Both the position numbers and the translations under genes were made by a program. 10,552 bases of DNA from Armatimonadia bacterium. Lineage in GTDB: Bacteria; Armatimonadota; Zipacnadia; Zipacnadales; UBA11051. The notes beneath the pieces are model-generated. The model saw only the letters and a list, made by a program, of their open reading frames with translations. It searched no databases and was not told the origin of the DNA. The stretch is taken from the NCBI GenBank assembly GCA_039683575.1, contig JBDKRC010000263.1:1-10552 (forward strand). Reading direction: 5' to 3'. Of this stretch, positions 7,593-10,552 are shown one piece after another. Numbering within the stretch: position 1 is the first letter of the stretch; the number at the start of each line of letters is the position of its first letter.

Positions 7593-8414
7593 ATGAAGCT
7601 CACATGGGCGGCAGTGATGGCGTGTTGTTTGACATTGGCGACTATCGCGGGGGCACAGACTATCCCGAACACGCCGCGGGCGATGGGTATGGGTAATGCG
7701 GTAATCGGCGTTGCTGACGACGCTGGTGCGTGGTCACAGAATCCGGCAGGGCTTGGTGCTTTGCACGTGGCGACGAAGGATGGCAATAGCTGGGGCCACG
7801 ACATTGTGGTGGGCTTTGGCGAGATCAACCCTGGGAATGACGACCTGGCGATCAACTGGTCTGGCTGGAACCCCACCACGACGATCGGTCTCGGCGCGGG
7901 CTACAACGGCCTGGGCCACACCGAGACGTTCGGCGCCGGCTTTGGCATGAGCTACAACAAGACCATGTTCAGTTGGGGCGTTGACGTCATGCGGATCAAG
8001 AACGATAGCCACTCCGACACCGCGCTTGATCTGGGTGCAATGTACCGGTTCATTCGGCCCGGAAAGCCAAGCACACGTCTTGGCCTCAAGATCTCTGATA
8101 TCGGCGACTCAACCGATGCCGGCCCGCAGGTTGGCCTTGGCGTAAGTTGGACGGCTGCCGAAAACCTGATGGTCGCGGTTGATGTGGCTGACATATCCGG
8201 CAAGTCCGCCCACGGACCGTTCATCAACGCTGGCGCTGAGTACCGGCTGGGCAAGACGAATGAGTGGAGCGCTCGCGGCGGGCTGTTTGACGCCGGTGAC
8301 GGGCACAAGCTCACCCTCGGCGTTGGCCTGGTCCTGCCGAAGGTTCGGCTGGATCTGGGTTACATGAACACCGACAGCTCAAGCTGGATGGTCGGCGCGG
8401 GCTTCGACTTCTAG
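7593..8414 (+). CDS. Secreted outer-membrane beta-barrel protein, PorV/FadL-like N-terminus, 273 aa
   Basis: Signal peptide ending AGA|Q. PRAMGMGNAVIGVADDAGAWSQNPAGLG matches the RA.GMG...D.....NPAGL motif of PorV/FadL-type barrels. Alternating amphipathic strands and a C-terminal aromatic signature (GAGFDF). Confidence 0.85.
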   Translation: MKLTWAAVMACCLTLATIAGAQTIPNTPRAMGMGNAVIGVADDAGAWSQNPAGLGALHVATKDGNSWGHDIVVGFGEINPGNDDLAINWSGWNPTTTIGLGAGYNGLGHTETFGAGFGMSYNKTMFSWGVDVMRIKNDSHSDTALDLGAMYRFIRPGKPSTRLGLKISDIGDSTDAGPQVGLGVSWTAAENLMVAVDVADISGKSAHGPFINAGAEYRLGKTNEWSARGGLFDAGDGHKLTLGVGLVLPKVRLDLGYMNTDSSSWMVGAGFDF

Positions 8415-8445
8415 ATAGGTTCCACACCGGGAGATAGGTAGCAAA

Positions 8446-8488
8446 GAGAAAGGTCACCGGCTGTCGGTGGCCTTTCTCGCCGTTTTGT
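8446..8488 (+). terminator. Probable intrinsic terminator after the beta-barrel gene
   Basis: gagaaaggtcaccgg-ctg-tcggtggcctttctc hairpin (8446-8478, with G-U pairs), followed by gccgtttt. Confidence 0.6.
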
Positions 8489-8503
8489 CGACAGCGGAGC
8501 ATC

Positions 8504-8571
8504 TCCCCCGAAAGATATAGAGAAAGAGTAACCTACGGACCCATGTCGGCTTCACGGTTTCCGACTACAGT
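8504..8571 (+). promoter_or_regulatory. Repeated promoter module, copy 3
   Basis: TCCCCCG-AA-AGATATA (8504-8519), degenerate second block AACCTAC-GG-ACCCATG (8530-8545), TACAGT (8566-8571). Upstream of the second response regulator. Confidence 0.7.
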
Positions 8572-8648
8572 ACAGTGCCTGCATACCAAGCCGGGGCTTG
8601 GGCGTTGCACTGCTATTCCTGACCTTTCCATTCCTTAAGGAGCTTCTT

Positions 8649-9188
8649 GTGAAGCAGAACAATCCCATTAGAATGCTCGTCGCGGATGATCACCAGATTG
8701 TCCGTGAGGGCTTGGTAGCTCTCATTAACCGCCGGCCTGACATGGAAGTGGTTGCCCAGGCGGCCAATGGGCGTGAACTGGTCGAGCAATTCCTGCTCCA
8801 CTGTCCCGACGTTGCCCTGGTAGACCTGCGCATGCCCGAGATGGATGGCGCGGAAGCCATCGCAGCCATTCGCGAGGTCATACCCTCAGCGCGCGCGATC
8901 GTGCTGACGACCTACGACGACGGCGACGACGTCAAGCGTTGCTTCGCGGCAGGCGCGAAGGCATATCTACTCAAAGGCACGGGTCGCGAGGAGTTGATGG
9001 CCTGCATCAAGGCAGTGCACGAGGGGGAGGACCTGATTTCCCCTCCGTCATCCTCAACCTCGCCTGACAAGCCAGCACCTTCGCATCTCTCCGCAGGAGA
9101 CCGCGGCGAGAGGTTCCGTGGGGACTGCAGGTCCAGCCGGCTGGTCGCAGCTCCTTCGCGCGGCCCGCAGGGATACTGCGAAGCCTAA
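8649..9188 (+). CDS. NarL-like response regulator paralog with intact receiver domain and no functional HTH, 179 aa (possibly a partial pseudogene)
   Basis: GTG 8649 with AAGGAG 6 nt upstream. The receiver matches the 6727 regulator at 88/121 residues by manual alignment and keeps DD, D, T and K. The tail is S/P-rich and lacks the LuxR recognition helix. Confidence 0.8.
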   Translation: MKQNNPIRMLVADDHQIVREGLVALINRRPDMEVVAQAANGRELVEQFLLHCPDVALVDLRMPEMDGAEAIAAIREVIPSARAIVLTTYDDGDDVKRCFAAGAKAYLLKGTGREELMACIKAVHEGEDLISPPSSSTSPDKPAPSHLSAGDRGERFRGDCRSSRLVAAPSRGPQGYCEA

Positions 9189-9218
9189 GGCGTGTGGCTG
9201 GCCTGGTCAAGGTGAGGC

Positions 9219-9242
9219 AGCACAGGGAGCGATCCCTGTGCT
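9219..9242 (+). other. 10-bp hairpin with GNRA loop after the second regulator (weak terminator or 3' stabiliser)
   Basis: agcacaggga-gcga-tccctgtgct, with no U tract. Confidence 0.5.
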
Positions 9243-9265
9243 CATTAGCGTGTACAGGCTCATCT

Positions 9266-9333
9266 TCGTCCGAAAGGCATAGAGAGGGACCCACCCACCG
9301 GCGGATGCGCCATTCACCGGTTCCGGCTACAGT
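9266..9333 (+). promoter_or_regulatory. Repeated promoter module, copy 4
   Basis: TCGTCCG-AA-AGGCATA (9266-9281), CACCCAC-CG-GCGGATG (9292-9307), TACAGT (9328-9333). 46/65 gap-free identity with copy 2 (9270-9334 vs 7429-7493). Confidence 0.75.
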
Positions 9334-9378
9334 TGCATTAGTCGGGTACTCTACGTGCCCAAAGAAGAGGTGTTGACG

Positions 9379-10506
9379 ATGCAATGGAGACGAATGGGCC
9401 TGGTACTCTCACCGGCAGTCCTGCTTCTCGTATTGCTCGCAGGCTGTCGCACACAGACGGTGGCGCCCGTGCAAACCGCCGTATCGCCGGCTACCGCGGC
9501 GAAGTCGCAATATGTCGAGCTTACATATCCGCAATCTGATGATCAGGGCCATTATATCGGGCTCCCAGAAGCCGGTGACGTGACAGTGTCCGGGCTCATT
9601 GCGGCGCTCAGCCCGCCGACGGGCGTCGTCGTCAACGGCACCACCGTTGAGCCCTACCTTGTCCAGGGCGTCACACCGTTCGGCACACCGGCGGGTTACC
9701 AGACCTATGGTTTTGACGCGCCGATGTCGCTCACACCCACCTCTTTGTTGAGCGTTGCCCTCCAGGCGCTCGGGGTGACCGCGCCGGCGACCACTTTCGC
9801 ACCAAACACGGACAGTACCTACTCGCGCTTGTTGGCACTCGCTGGCCTCACCCCGAAGGCTCCTGAGTCGCAATACCGGTTGGGTAACGCCTACCTGACC
9901 AGCCGGGAGTACAACAAGGCAGTCGACGCGTACAACCGCTCGGTCGCGCTGCAGCCGCAGTTTGCGTGGGGCTACGATGGCCTGGGACAGACCTATGTCC
10001 TGATGCACCGCCCGGGTGATGCCGTGATCTACTTCAAGAAGGCGAAGAAGCTGCATCCGAAATGGGCCAACCCGAGCTATCGCCTCGCCGAGGTCTACAA
10101 CTCCCAGAAGCGGTACGACGACGCGATCACAGAGTACCGGCAGGCACTGAATGTCTGGCCGACGCATCCTGGCCTGCACCGCGGCTTCGCGGTCGCACTG
10201 TACAACCGGGGGCACTATCAGGAAGCCTGGAAGCACGTCCAGACTGCCGAGAAGAGCGGGGCCAAGTCGCCCGCGGACTTCAAGAAGCGGCTGCAGGCGA
10301 AGTTGCCCAAGACGGCAAGCAAGGAAGCCGGGAGGAACGGCGGGGATAAGCCGTCGAGCCGGGATGAGAAGCGTCAAGATGGCGTGCGACGCGATGGCCC
10401 TCATGCGGAGGAACTTAACAACAAGCCCCAGAAGCGGCAGGATGGCGTCCGAGAGCCGGGCCCGCACGCACAGGGGCAGAGGCACAAGCCCTCGAAGGGC
10501 AATTAG
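9379..10506 (+). CDS. TPR-repeat lipoprotein, 375 aa
   Basis: ATG 9379 after GAGGTG. Lipoprotein signal MQWRRMGLVLSPAVLLLVLLAG|C. Beta-rich N-domain, about 4 TPRs (YRLGNAY, YDGLGQTY, YRLAEVY, HRGFAVALY) and a charged, probably disordered tail. Confidence 0.9.
   Translation: MQWRRMGLVLSPAVLLLVLLAGCRTQTVAPVQTAVSPATAAKSQYVELTYPQSDDQGHYIGLPEAGDVTVSGLIAALSPPTGVVVNGTTVEPYLVQGVTPFGTPAGYQTYGFDAPMSLTPTSLLSVALQALGVTAPATTFAPNTDSTYSRLLALAGLTPKAPESQYRLGNAYLTSREYNKAVDAYNRSVALQPQFAWGYDGLGQTYVLMHRPGDAVIYFKKAKKLHPKWANPSYRLAEVYNSQKRYDDAITEYRQALNVWPTHPGLHRGFAVALYNRGHYQEAWKHVQTAEKSGAKSPADFKKRLQAKLPKTASKEAGRNGGDKPSSRDEKRQDGVRRDGPHAEELNNKPQKRQDGVREPGPHAQGQRHKPSKGN
10369..10494 (+). repeat. Two tandem 63-nt (21-aa) units in the lipoprotein C-terminus
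   Basis: KRQDGVRRDGPHAEELNNKPQ (10369-10431) and KRQDGVREPGPHAQGQRHKPS (10432-10494). Confidence 0.85.
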
Positions 10507-10552
10507 CGGATAGTCTTCTGAGATGCCCACCAGGCGTGCCCCCGCTCCCGGG

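Noticed and set aside
8582-8630. TKPGLG peptide upstream of the second regulator as a remnant of a duplicated kinase C-terminus (cf. SAPGQG)
   Set aside because: The match is too short to distinguish from chance without an alignment statistic.
4195-9333. The four-copy element as a CRISPR array, MITE or structured ncRNA
   Set aside because: The copies are far apart and diverged. They have no terminal inverted repeats, target duplications or shared base-pairing, and no cas or transposase gene is present. Fixed spacing to a -10 hexamer fits a promoter better.

Overview
GC-rich bacterial window. The likely host is a diderm, probably Armatimonadota; this is inferred from a DUF1559/H-X9-DG prepilin-like gene, an outer-membrane beta-barrel and a SigH-type sigma factor. 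The left part (minus strand) is core genome: sigH-like sigma factor, tRNA-Thr(TGT), an internal sigma70 promoter, tRNA-Tyr(GTA), tRNA-Thr(GGT) and the 5' end of tuf. The middle holds a CxxC/CcdA-like membrane redox protein converging on a DUF1559 gene at a bidirectional terminator. The right part (plus strand) is an accessory cluster: a 3-TM protein, a soluble PAS histidine kinase with a NarL-family regulator, a PorV/FadL-like beta-barrel, a regulator paralog with a decayed DNA-binding domain, and a TPR lipoprotein. The main finding is a ~68-bp non-coding module that occurs four times (4195, 7425, 8504, 9266), once ahead of each plus-strand unit of this cluster. Its spacing is identical and gap-free: YCGAAAGR box, then a GCGGATG/ATG block, then a TAYAST -10 exactly 58 bp after the box start. 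It looks like the promoter architecture of a self-contained two-component mini-regulon. All family assignments come from motifs read by eye; no database searches were run.
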